NCBI GenBank assembly: GCA_040902225.1
Contig: JBBDXT010000004.1
Coordinates: 320,376 to 384,375, forward strand
DNA length: 64,000 nucleotides
DNA from: Chloroflexota bacterium
Lineage (GTDB): Bacteria > Chloroflexota > Limnocylindria > QHBO01
Direction: 5' to 3'
A program made the position numbers and the translations under genes. Positions 56,101 through 64,000 of this stretch are shown piece after piece; within the stretch, counting starts at the first letter, position 1, and the number at the start of each line of letters is the position of its first letter. The notes beneath the pieces are model-generated. The model was not told the DNA's origin. It did no database searches and saw nothing but the letters and a program-made list of their open reading frames with translations.

Positions 56101-57309
56101 GTGAACGAGTTCGTCGAGACCCTGCTCGACCTGACCTGGCACGAGCCAAAGAAGTCGTACGACGTCGTCATCATCGGCGCCGGAGGACATGGGCTGGCGA
56201 CGGCCTGGAATCTCGCGACCAAACATGGGATCACGAATGTCGCCGTGCTCGAGGCCAACTACATCGGCTCGGGCAACACCGGGCGCAACACCACCATCAT
56301 CCGGGCCAACTACGGGATCCCTGAATCGGTGCGGTTCTACCAGCGCAGCCTCGACCTGTATCGGGCCCTGGAGGGCGAGACCGGCTGCTCGATCGTGCAC
56401 TCGACCAAGGGCCTGCTCTGGCTGGCGCACACCGAGTCAGGAATGCGCGCCGAGCGCGCCCGTGCGCTGATGAACCAGGCCTGCGGCGCCGAGACGGTGA
56501 TGATCACTCCCGAGGAGGCGCTGGAGCTCTGCCCCCAGCTCGACCTGTCAGGTGGCGGCCGCTACCCGGTGCTGGGTGCCTCGTACCACCCGGGTGGCGC
56601 GACGGCCCGGCACGACCGGGTGGTGTGGGCCTATGCGCAGGGTGCCATGCGGCAGGGCGTCCACGTCGTTCCGCACACACCGGTGGTTGGGCTGCTGCGC
56701 GACGGCGAGCGGGTGGTTGGCGTCCAGACCTCGTCCGGACCGATATCGGCCGGCGTCGTGCTCAGCGCGGTCGGCGGGCGGGTGACGACGGTCGCCGCCA
56801 TGGCCGATCTCCGGCTGCCGATCCGGACCCATCCGCTGCAGGCGCTGGTCACGAATGCATATGCACCGGGCTTTGGCCCGATCGTCGCGTCGTCCGAGCT
56901 GCTCTGCTACGTCTCGCAGACGGGGCGCGGCCAGATGCTGATGGGCGCCGAGTTCGACTCGCAGCCGAGCTACTCGATGCAGTCGTCCTACGAGTTCCTG
57001 CAGACCGTCTCGACCAGGATGATCCACATGCTGCCGTTCCTACGGAACCTTCGGATCCTGCGCCAGTGGGCAGGCATCTGCGATATCAGTCCGGATTACT
57101 CGCCGATCATGGGCTTCACCGGTGTGGAGGGCCTCCTCATCACCACCGGCTGGGGGACGTGGGGCTTCAAGGCGATCCCCGCCGGCGGCGAGGCAATGGC
57201 CGAGCTGATCGCCACCGGCGTCACGCCGAAGCTGATCGCCGCGTTCGGGCTCTCGCGATTCGCCGCAGACCACGCCATGGCCGACCAGGGATCGGCGGGG
57301 ACGCGCTGA
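56101..57309 (+). CDS. soxB: sarcosine oxidase beta subunit family FAD-dependent oxidoreductase
   Basis: The N-terminus YDVVIIGAGGHGLATAWNLA...VLEANYIGSGNTGRNTTIIRANY is typical of SoxB, and the 402-aa length fits. Confidence 0.85.
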   Translation: MNEFVETLLDLTWHEPKKSYDVVIIGAGGHGLATAWNLATKHGITNVAVLEANYIGSGNTGRNTTIIRANYGIPESVRFYQRSLDLYRALEGETGCSIVHSTKGLLWLAHTESGMRAERARALMNQACGAETVMITPEEALELCPQLDLSGGGRYPVLGASYHPGGATARHDRVVWAYAQGAMRQGVHVVPHTPVVGLLRDGERVVGVQTSSGPISAGVVLSAVGGRVTTVAAMADLRLPIRTHPLQALVTNAYAPGFGPIVASSELLCYVSQTGRGQMLMGAEFDSQPSYSMQSSYEFLQTVSTRMIHMLPFLRNLRILRQWAGICDISPDYSPIMGFTGVEGLLITTGWGTWGFKAIPAGGEAMAELIATGVTPKLIAAFGLSRFAADHAMADQGSAGTR

Positions 57310-57322
57310 TGAGGGCCCGCTG

Positions 57323-57556
57323 ATGCTGTGGATCACCTGCCCCACCTGCGGCGAACGCCCGGTCAGCGAGTTCCGCTTCGGCGGCGAGCTGCCCCACGTT
57401 CCGGACTCGATTATCGACGCCGACGCTCACAACCTCGACTGGGTCTGGATGCAGAACAACGTCGACGGGATCACCACCGAGCGCTGGTTCCATGTCGCCG
57501 GCTGCCGCCGCTGGCTGACCCTGCGGCGGGATACCAGCACGGACCGAGTGGTCTAG
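57323..57556 (+). CDS. soxD: sarcosine oxidase delta subunit
   Basis: The 77-aa protein MLWITCPTCGERPVSEFRFGGE...DWVWMQNNVDGITTERWFHVAGCRRW has the characteristic SoxD size and Cys/His pattern. Confidence 0.8.
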   Translation: MLWITCPTCGERPVSEFRFGGELPHVPDSIIDADAHNLDWVWMQNNVDGITTERWFHVAGCRRWLTLRRDTSTDRVV

Positions 57557-57795
57557 TGCTTCGTGGTCTCAGCCTGCTCAGGGCTCTGCACTCGCGCCGT
57601 GCTCGCCTGCGAGAGCGCAGCGCCAAGCCCGGCGGCCAGGCCGGGGCTCAATCGCACCCGAGCGACGATTGACCTTGGTTCCTCATGCACACCGGGCTCC
57701 CCGGTTGGTTCGGATCGGGTCAGGGTTAGCGTGACAGCGAGCGGGTTGGCTGAGATGGAGAAGCCATCGGCGAATACATCTGGATAGTCGGCCAT
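57553..57795 (-). CDS. hypothetical 80-aa protein (possibly DUF3467-like)
   Basis: This small ORF is convergent with soxD. The product is MADYPDVFADGFSISANPLAVTLTLTRSEP, and the family assignment is weak. Confidence 0.35.
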   Translation of the reverse strand: MADYPDVFADGFSISANPLAVTLTLTRSEPTGEPGVHEEPRSIVARVRLSPGLAAGLGAALSQASTARVQSPEQAETTKH

Positions 57796-57865
57796 ACATC
57801 ACCTTCGAGGATTGGATGCTGACAGCCTAGTCCCCGCAGCTTGACATCTGGCCTCCGGCACCGAA

Positions 57866-57884
57866 TACTACGCGCGACGTAGTA
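57866..57884. promoter_or_regulatory. perfect palindrome TACTACG-N5-CGTAGTA upstream of padR (candidate PadR operator), with TTGACA -35-like at 57841
   Basis: The sequence was read directly: TACTACGCGCGACGTAGTA lies about 25 nt upstream of the padR start and overlaps a putative -10. Confidence 0.4.
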
Positions 57885-57908
57885 CCTGCCGCGTAGCTCG
57901 AGGCATCC

Positions 57909-58214
57909 TTGCCAGACCGATCTTCCAGTTCCGATCCCGGCCTCCTCCTGCTGATCAGCCTCTCCGGGGGCCCTAAACACGGCCACGCCATGCTCCTCGA
58001 TGTTGCCGCTTTCGCCGGCGTGCGCCTCGGCCCGGGGACGTTGTACGGCGCGCTCTCCAGGCTCGAGCAGGACGGGCTCGTCGAAGCCCTTCCCCTCGAA
58101 GGTCGGCGGCGTCCCTACCGCCTGACCGATGCCGGCCTCGCCGCCCTGCGCGGCCGGCTCACCGGACTGAACGCAGCCGTCAGCATCGGGCTGGCGCGGG
58201 TGGGCAACCGATGA
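57909..58214 (+). CDS. PadR family transcriptional regulator
   Basis: The winged-HTH SGGPKHGHAMLLDVAAFAGVRLGPGTLYGALSRLEQDGLVE and the roughly 100-aa size are typical of short PadR proteins. Confidence 0.8.
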   Translation: MPDRSSSSDPGLLLLISLSGGPKHGHAMLLDVAAFAGVRLGPGTLYGALSRLEQDGLVEALPLEGRRRPYRLTDAGLAALRGRLTGLNAAVSIGLARVGNR

Positions 58215-58798
58215 AGCGGATCGTGCGCCTCTACCCGTCGGCCTGGCGACGGCGCTACGGCGCCGAGCTGACCGACCTGCTCGAGGAGCTGCCTTCTTCT
58301 CCCACCACCACCGTCGACCTGCTGCGCGGCGCCGCAACCCTGCACATGCGCGCCCTCCTTGACCGGGTCGCTCCTCGCATGGTTGCTGCCGGAGGACACC
58401 CGATGTCAAGCCATGCCTTCCAACGCCACCCGACCGCGACTGCGCTGGTCGCGGCCCTGATTGCGACGCCGACGGCGATCTTCGTGACCCTCTCCTTCCT
58501 GGCCTACCAGCTCGAGCTGCCCGGCATGCAGGCCTGGCTCCAGCCGTTCATGGACGGCCTGGCGCAGGCGCCGCGGATCGTCGACCTGTTCCTGCTGGTC
58601 GCCCCGTTCCTCGCATTCCTGGTTGCGGCTCTGCCATTGATCGGCCTCCGCCTCGACCGGGTCGAGGGCGAGCTGCGGGTCACGCTAGCGCTTCGGGCGC
58701 GCGCGTTGAACCTGGTTGTTCTGGCCGCGTGCGTGGTGGTCGGTGGCTTCCTGGCCAGCTACCTGCTGGCCGAGTTCCTGCTCGAGGCGCCTCGCTAG
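58211..58798 (+). CDS. membrane protein co-transcribed with padR
   Basis: The start overlaps the padR stop. An N-terminal soluble segment is followed by about 4 TM helices, a common PadR partner arrangement. Confidence 0.5.
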   Translation: MKRIVRLYPSAWRRRYGAELTDLLEELPSSPTTTVDLLRGAATLHMRALLDRVAPRMVAAGGHPMSSHAFQRHPTATALVAALIATPTAIFVTLSFLAYQLELPGMQAWLQPFMDGLAQAPRIVDLFLLVAPFLAFLVAALPLIGLRLDRVEGELRVTLALRARALNLVVLAACVVVGGFLASYLLAEFLLEAPR

Positions 58799-59478
58799 GA
58801 GCGGTCCTCGATCTCCCAGGCATGGTCCAGCGCATGCCAGGCAGAGCGGCGGACGAAATAGCGAGGCGACCAGGGTCGCTGCGTCTCGCGCGGGTCGGCG
58901 ATCGGGGTGCCGCGCGCCCGTGCGGCAAGTGCCGCGAGCCCGGTCTCGCGGATGGCGGCCATGCGGTCGGCCGGCGTGGCATCGGGCATGCGAGGGTGCC
59001 TGCTGCCCAGCTGCCCTACGTATGCCTCCTCCGCCTCGAGGACATGGCCCTCCATCTTGGGCAGGTCACGCCCGCCGCCACGCGGACCCTTGCGCAGCTC
59101 GACCTTGGCCTTCGCAGCCTTGGCCCAGGCCGCGTCGAACGCGTCCCAGCTCGCCTGCAGCAGGAGCGACTGCCGCTTGAGCTCCGACGCACTGAGTGGC
59201 CGGTTGTCGGCCTTGGGGGCCTCGCTGGGCACCCCGAAATCGGTCCCGGAGCCACCCTTGACCTGCTCCACCACCTCGAATTCGGCGACGCTGCCCGGCG
59301 CGGTGAACGGCACGCCGCCTGACATCACCGCGTGCGCATACCGTGGGGCGTAGGCGAAGAGGGCCGCCAGCGCGTCTTCCTCGCCGCGGGCACCCCGACA
59401 CCAGCCGGGCCACTCGATCGCGCCGGCAAAGGTCCGCTTGGGGCCGATCTCCAGGTAGACCGCCAGCGGCTCAGTCAT
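58795..59478 (-). CDS. hypothetical protein (227 aa)
   Basis: The 227-aa ORF has convincing codon usage. Its C-terminal WHALDHAWEIEDRS motif is unassigned. Confidence 0.45.
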   Translation of the reverse strand: MTEPLAVYLEIGPKRTFAGAIEWPGWCRGARGEEDALAALFAYAPRYAHAVMSGGVPFTAPGSVAEFEVVEQVKGGSGTDFGVPSEAPKADNRPLSASELKRQSLLLQASWDAFDAAWAKAAKAKVELRKGPRGGGRDLPKMEGHVLEAEEAYVGQLGSRHPRMPDATPADRMAAIRETGLAALAARARGTPIADPRETQRPWSPRYFVRRSAWHALDHAWEIEDRS

Positions 59479-59509
59479 TGGTCCGCGGCCTCAAGATTGG
59501 GGATGACGG

Positions 59510-59650
59510 TGACAACCCAATTGTCATTTAAGCCGCAGGGCCGGCAATCGTGACTCGCCACGTGGTCAGCCTGCACGGTGCCTCGCCGAAATGACCTGCG
59601 CGTTGGTCATCAGGAGCGCACATCGGTCAGGAATGACAACCCGATGGTCA
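59510..59650. promoter_or_regulatory. two 17-bp direct repeats, TGACAACCCAATTGTCA and TGACAACCCGATGGTCA, each internally palindromic, in the intergenic region (candidate operator pair)
   Basis: The repeats lie at 59510-59526 and 59634-59650, between the MBL hydrolase gene end and the upstream gene start on the minus strand. Confidence 0.3.
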
Positions 59651-59673
59651 TGGTTGCGAAGCCCCATGAATGG

Positions 59674-60378
59674 CTACGCCTCCCAGGTCTCCCCGGGCTC
59701 GAGGGCGACCACCTGCGCATCGGTCGCCGCCTGGAGCTGGGCAGGGGTGCCGGCCAGGGCCGGGAAGGTGGCGTAATGCACCGGGATGACCACCTTGGCG
59801 CCGATCAGCGCCACCGCTCGACCGGCATCGGCCGGACCCATGGTGTAGTGCCCGCCGATCGGCAGGACGGTGATGGTCGGGGCCCATCGGTCCTTCACCA
59901 GCGCCATGTCGCCGAACAGGTCGGTGTCGCCGGTGTGGTAGACGTGAGTGCCGTCCTCGAACTCGAGCAGCCAGCCCCAACAACCCATCTCGCGGGTCGC
60001 CTCGGCCTCGCGGCCTGTGACGGTCACACCGCCGGTGTGCTCGGCATGGACCATGGTGAGCCCAATCCCTGCCGCCTCGAATCGGCCGCCCTTGTTCATC
60101 CCCACCGCCTCCACTCCGCGGCTGGCGAGGTAGATGCTCATCTCGTGCGAGCAGACCACCGTGCCGCCGCGCGCGGCCAACTCAACGACGTCGGCGGCGT
60201 CGTTGCCGACATGGTCGAAATGCCCGTGGGTCGGGGCGATGACGTCCACCTGCCATGGCTCCGGAGGCGCGACATAGGTGGGCGCGCCGCTCCATCGGTC
60301 CACCCACAGCCACTTGTCGCCTGGGGAGCGATACAGGATCCCGCCGTGTCCCAGGCGGGTGATGCGCAGCGTCGCCAT
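59674..60378 (-). CDS. MBL-fold metallo-hydrolase
   Basis: The HxHxDH motif THGHFDHVGN, plus downstream His/Asp ligands (HTGDTDLF, VIPVHY), is present, and the 234-aa length fits. Confidence 0.8.
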   Translation of the reverse strand: MATLRITRLGHGGILYRSPGDKWLWVDRWSGAPTYVAPPEPWQVDVIAPTHGHFDHVGNDAADVVELAARGGTVVCSHEMSIYLASRGVEAVGMNKGGRFEAAGIGLTMVHAEHTGGVTVTGREAEATREMGCWGWLLEFEDGTHVYHTGDTDLFGDMALVKDRWAPTITVLPIGGHYTMGPADAGRAVALIGAKVVIPVHYATFPALAGTPAQLQAATDAQVVALEPGETWEA

Positions 60379-60427
60379 GCGTGCCTCCTGCGGTGCGTGC
60401 CGTGAATGCTAGCGCGGGTGAAGTCGC

Positions 60428-60577
60428 TTACGCCCGCTGTGCGTAAAGGGGAAGAAGGACGTGCTGCGCCCGCAACTGCAGGCCCCCATTGGCGGCTATG
60501 CACATGAGGCGTGCACCAGGACCAAGAAGGGCCTTCTCGGCGATCCTCGTTAGTTGTTATGCACGCTGGGTGTAAGC
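60428..60577. repeat. 150-bp element with about 19-bp terminal inverted repeats (TTACGCCCGCTGTGCGTAA ... TTATGCACGCTGGGTGTAAG), copy 1
   Basis: This copy is homologous over its whole length to the copy at 63674-63823. The termini are inverted repeats that are also internally palindromic (TTACGC...GCGTAA). It lies about 50 bp upstream of the MBL hydrolase start. Confidence 0.5.
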
Positions 60578-60880
60578 GCATGTCCTTGCCAGGCCACCGC
60601 CAGGTGCCAGCCCTGGAGGCGGCATGCAGCTGCATCGCGCCGGCCACCCCCATGACGCCGTCGCCCAGCCACTTGACCGGACGACCACCATGCTGGGACC
60701 GATGCGCGCTGCACCAATCGAGCCAGTGAGGCTCGGGATCAAGCCCGCGCGCCGCACGTCGCCGGCCGAAAACCGGTCGCCGTCGCCGGGCGAGAGGATC
60801 CCCAGCTCCACCTGCCGACTGACTTCGTCGAGAGTGATGCCCGCGCGCTCCGCGACCTCGTCTCGGGAATGGGTGGTCAC
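60557..60880 (-). CDS. possible small HTH protein (N-terminal MTTHSRDEVAERAGITLDEVSRQVELGIL); the C-terminal half looks non-coding
   Basis: Only the first roughly 45 codons look protein-like (MerR/XRE-like HTH). The ORF overlaps the repeat element and the spurious 5' extension of the cyclase ORF. Confidence 0.25.
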   Translation of the reverse strand: MTTHSRDEVAERAGITLDEVSRQVELGILSPGDGDRFSAGDVRRAGLIPSLTGSIGAARIGPSMVVVRSSGWATASWGWPARCSCMPPPGLAPGGGLARTCAYTQRA

Positions 60881-60917
60881 CTTCGTACTCTACCCCGGGG
60901 CGATACCATCAGCGTGC

Positions 60918-61736
60918 ATGCCGAAGCTGAGTACCGGAGGGCGAAAGGGGCTGCGCGACAGCGCCTTCGCCTACGTTGATCCCCAGGGTCGTCGGCGACT
61001 CCCGATCCACGATGAGAGCCACGTTCGCAACGCCCTCTCCCGATTCAATCAAGTGGTCTTCGAGGACGACGCGGCGCGCAATCGCGCCCGCACCAGGCTG
61101 CTGAATGCCGCGAAGCGCTACGGCATCGTGCCGGTCGGCTTCGTCACCGGTCAGCTGCGCGCCCACACTCCGCGCGAGCTGCCGACCGGCGCGCTGACCT
61201 TCCTGATGACCGATATCGAGGAATCCACCGCGCTGCTCCTCAAGCTCGAGGACCGATTCTCCCGCCTCCTGGCTGACACGCGACGCATCTATCGGACGGC
61301 CATCAAACACGCCGGCGGCTGGGAGGTCGACGCCCGGGCCGATGAGTTCTTTGCGGTCTTCCGCCAGTCCTCGGCCGCGATCGACGCCGCGCTCAGCATC
61401 CAGCGGAGCCTCCGCGACCACGCGTGGCCTGCCGGCGTGGTGGTCCGAGCGCGGATGGGGATCCACGGCGGTCGTCCCACACTCTCGGAGGGCAGCTACG
61501 TCGGGGTGGCGGTGCACACCGTGGCGCGGATCAGTGCACTGGCGCATGGCGGCCAGATCCTCGTCTCGCACAGCGCGCTCGCGGCGGAGCTGCCAGCCGA
61601 GATCACGGTCATCGAGCTGGGTGAGCACCACCTGCGCGGAATCGGGGGCCACGCGCTCTTCCAGGTGTCCGCGGCCGACCTACCCGGCGAGTTTCCGCCC
61701 ATCGTGACAACCACTATCCCGCCCGATTCCCGCTGA
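60918..61736 (+). CDS. class III adenylate/guanylate cyclase domain protein with a roughly 80-aa N-terminal domain (PIHDESHVRNALSRFNQV motif)
   Basis: The start is an internal ATG (MPKLSTGGRKGL) in ORF 60624..61736. The cyclase motifs LTFLMTDIEESTAL, DEFFAVF, RMGIHGG and VHTVARI are present. Confidence 0.75.
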   Translation: MPKLSTGGRKGLRDSAFAYVDPQGRRRLPIHDESHVRNALSRFNQVVFEDDAARNRARTRLLNAAKRYGIVPVGFVTGQLRAHTPRELPTGALTFLMTDIEESTALLLKLEDRFSRLLADTRRIYRTAIKHAGGWEVDARADEFFAVFRQSSAAIDAALSIQRSLRDHAWPAGVVVRARMGIHGGRPTLSEGSYVGVAVHTVARISALAHGGQILVSHSALAAELPAEITVIELGEHHLRGIGGHALFQVSAADLPGEFPPIVTTTIPPDSR

Positions 61737-61926
61737 GCGGGACTAACCGCCAACGAGCCGCCCGGCAGGCGCGTTTTGCCGCGCCACCTTGATCGTCGTT
61801 CCGCGGGGCGGGCATGAGAGCCAAGGAGCGATCCAATCTCGCGGCTGCTTGCTCGATAGTCCCCCTGGCCGGGAATGGCGCGGCGCGCCACGGCCCTGAG
61901 GCCGTGACGCGCACCGCGGACGACAG

Positions 61927-63039
61927 CTAGGGAACAGTCACCGTCAGCGTCCACGGGCCGTCGAGCTGGACCCGCTCGCCGTTGCTCATCCGGTAGCTGA
62001 GCTCGGCGAATTCAAGCTCCCACGTTCCGGCCACTGCATCGGTGCCGGCCACCGTCATCAGCTCGTTCACGTCGCCCATCGGTCCTTGCTGCTCTGGGTC
62101 GGTGGTGACGTGACGGCCCGCGTGGAAGCTGTAAGCCGTCCCGTCCTGTCGAACTGACCCACCGCCAACCCAACCCCAATCGAGGATGGCCGCGCCGGCC
62201 ACCTGCAGGGCCATCGTGGCCTTGATCATGGTCGGGCTGACGCGGAGCTCCGTGAGCGTGAGGGTGCCCTGTCCAACGGTCGCCTGGGCATCGGTCGACA
62301 CGATCGCGCCGATGGGCTCGGGCAGCTGGAACCGGAACTGCCAGGTCCCGTCAATCATGCCGGTCGGAGGCGGGCTGACGCACTCCGGCTCGGTCGCGCC
62401 AACGGTGCACTGTCCGGGGACGAACCCGCCGCCGTGGTACCCGACCGAAGTAAAGGTCAGCACCCAGGTCCCTGCCGACGGAGCTACGACTCCCTCCCAG
62501 GTCTGGACGACGGCGGACAGGCCGGTCTCATCCATCCCCATCCCGCCTTGGCTGGTGGCCCACTGCTCAGATGATCGTCCCGTCGGGTCCTGGATTTCGA
62601 CCATCCACTGGAGCGCAGGGGGATCCTCGACGGCGGTGGTAGGCACCTCCAGGCCGGCCACCGTGAATCCGACCAGCACCTGGTTGAGGTCCGCATAGGC
62701 ACGCTCGACGTTGATCGTCACTCCGGCATCGGTCGCTGAGAGGTCGAGGCGCTCTGCCTCGTCCCAGGCGGTCTGCCAACCGGGTTGGCCAGATGACTCG
62801 ATGATCCAATCGAGGAGGCCCAATGCCCCGACCACCGCGCCGGTGAGCAGCACGAACGCCGCCAGCAGCGCCACTGGATGGAGGATGAGTCGCGGGGAGG
62901 ACAGGCCGCGGCGAGGCAGAGCCACCGGGCGAGCTGCGATCTGGGCGACCCGCTGGTCCAGCCAGCGCAGGCCGTCCTCCGGGGGCTCCACGGCGACTGC
63001 CCGCAGCAGCCGGGTCTCGATCTCTTCACGCGTGGTCAT
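61927..63039 (-). CDS. putative anti-sigma factor / membrane protein with a large extracytoplasmic domain
   Basis: The gene is immediately downstream of, and overlaps, the ECF sigma gene. A cytoplasmic N-terminus (MTTREEIETRLL) is followed by a single TM (ILHPVALLAAFVLLTGAVVGALGLL) and a roughly 280-aa exported domain. Confidence 0.55.
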   Translation of the reverse strand: MTTREEIETRLLRAVAVEPPEDGLRWLDQRVAQIAARPVALPRRGLSSPRLILHPVALLAAFVLLTGAVVGALGLLDWIIESSGQPGWQTAWDEAERLDLSATDAGVTINVERAYADLNQVLVGFTVAGLEVPTTAVEDPPALQWMVEIQDPTGRSSEQWATSQGGMGMDETGLSAVVQTWEGVVAPSAGTWVLTFTSVGYHGGGFVPGQCTVGATEPECVSPPPTGMIDGTWQFRFQLPEPIGAIVSTDAQATVGQGTLTLTELRVSPTMIKATMALQVAGAAILDWGWVGGGSVRQDGTAYSFHAGRHVTTDPEQQGPMGDVNELMTVAGTDAVAGTWELEFAELSYRMSNGERVQLDGPWTLTVTVP

Positions 63040-63580
63040 CAAAGGCCTCCCGCAGCGCGGCCAGGCCACGCTCAATCTGCTTCTGTACTGCGCCTTCGCG
63101 CTTGCCGATGACGAAGCCGATCTCCCGTGCCGTCAAACCGCCGGCATACCGCAGGAGCAGGGCCTCGCCGTGATCACCGGGTAGTCGGGCAACGAGATCC
63201 AGCATCTCGACGCGCTCCTGGTCGAGGCGATCGGCCTCGACAGCGGTCCGGCGGAGTTGGGTATCGGCGCCGGCCAGGTCGACCGTCGGTCGGTGACGGC
63301 GATGCGCATCAATGGCGACGTTGCGCGCGATGCGCAGCAGCCAGGCCTGCACTCCACCGTCGCGCCTGCGGAATCGGCCCAGGTTGGCGAACGCCCGCTC
63401 GAAGGTCGTGGCGGCGAGGTCCAGGGCATCCGCGTCGCTGTGCGCCCGGGCGCGCAGGTATCGGTACACGGACAGCCGGTGCCGCTCGTAGAGCAGACCG
63501 AAAGCGGATGGTTCCAGCCGCTCGGCCTCGATCTCGACGGGCGGGCCCAGGTCCTCGTTCACGAGCGGTACCCTCAACAC
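63026..63580 (-). CDS. RNA polymerase sigma-70 factor, ECF subfamily
   Basis: Region 2 (FGLLYERHRLSVYRYL...TFERAFANL) and region 4 (LLLRYAGGLTAREIGFVIGKREGAVQKQIERGLAAL) motifs are present, and the 184-aa length fits. Confidence 0.85.
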   Translation of the reverse strand: MLRVPLVNEDLGPPVEIEAERLEPSAFGLLYERHRLSVYRYLRARAHSDADALDLAATTFERAFANLGRFRRRDGGVQAWLLRIARNVAIDAHRRHRPTVDLAGADTQLRRTAVEADRLDQERVEMLDLVARLPGDHGEALLLRYAGGLTAREIGFVIGKREGAVQKQIERGLAALREAFDDHA

Positions 63581-63673
63581 GGCCTTCCTCCGGCTCTGGC
63601 AGCGTAATTGAAGCTGCCGTCACCTAGGACAACGAGCCGGAAGCCCCGAACCCGACAAACGCCGGCATGGATT

Positions 63674-63823
63674 TACGCCCAGTGTGCGTAACGGCCAGGC
63701 ACGGATCCATTACGGCCACCTCGGACCCTCAAGCTGGCTGTCTTGAACGCCCCCTGCACACCGGCGACAAGAAGAGGGCGCTTCGCTACCGAAGTTGGTC
63801 GTTGTGCTCGCTGGGCGTACACC
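63674..63823. repeat. 150-bp element with terminal inverted repeats (TTACGCCCAGTGTGCGTAA ... TTGTGCTCGCTGGGCGTACA), copy 2
   Basis: This copy is homologous to the element at 60428-60577 and lies about 95 bp upstream of the ECF sigma start codon. Confidence 0.5.
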
Positions 63824-63915
63824 GGACAACCCGATTAGGCACCACGCCCATTCCGGACATGACGACGCCGTGCCTGGCAGGTCGGCACGGCGCGCGTCAG
63901 CTAAAGGGAAGGAAA

Positions 63916-64000
63916 GTTACCGGGTCATGCCCGCGTGCACGGGCTGCGGAACTTCCCACTTGGTCAGCTGATCGGAGAGGACGCGCTTCGCCTCGTCGAT
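63916..64000 (-). CDS. C-terminal 27 codons of a gene extending beyond the window end
   Basis: The reverse strand reads ...IDEAKRVLSDQLTKWEVPQPVHAGMTR then stop. This is too short to assign a function. Confidence 0.3.

Overview
This 64 kb window is high-GC (about 70%) bacterial chromosomal DNA. The codon usage and the gene content (F420-dependent LLM oxidoreductase, PadR, ECF sigma factor, class III nucleotidyl cyclases, a DrrAB-like exporter) fit Actinomycetota- or Chloroflexota-like genomes. About 55 protein genes are densely packed, and many neighbouring genes overlap by 4 nt (ATGA/TGATG), indicating translational coupling. The ORF track counts GTG and TTG starts as M, and several true starts lie inside the listed ORFs. 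Coordinates I derived by hand (RNA genes, repeats, internal starts) may be off by 1-2 nt.

Housekeeping content:
- a BMP-family nucleoside/sugar ABC importer;
- adenosine deaminase;
- leucyl aminopeptidase;
- prepilin peptidase, an M23 peptidase and a class A PBP;
- GlgC;
- a NAPRTase-like enzyme and a NUDIX hydrolase;
- three ABC exporters (ABC-2, FtsX/MacB-like, DrrAB-like);
- tRNA-His;
- a GH13 alpha-glucosidase and an APC permease;
- a DUF2089-DUF4097 stress module;
- a J-domain protein;
- pyruvate dehydrogenase E1;
- PlsY and PgsA;
- a heterotetrameric sarcosine-oxidase-family operon (soxA-G-B-D);
- PadR plus a membrane protein;
- an MBL hydrolase;
- an ECF sigma / anti-sigma pair.

The accessory region spans 25.8-37.9 kb. 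It is a tandem array of three related, decayed integrative elements inserted at the 5' half of a tRNA-Arg(TCG) gene. Three partial copies of the tRNA 5' half and about 170-bp homologous element ends are visible. The elements carry, in order:
- a metzincin-like secreted protein and a frameshifted integrase;
- a galactofuranose glycan cluster, an F420 LLM oxidoreductase and an integrase remnant;
- a single large adenylyl-cyclase/NB-ARC/TPR STAND NTPase.

Other notable signals are two copies of a 150-bp element with terminal inverted repeats upstream of the MBL hydrolase and ECF sigma genes, a strong sigma70-like promoter driving a 52-aa basic small ORF ahead of the DUF2089 operon, and palindromic candidate operators. 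No CRISPR array or rRNA was seen.
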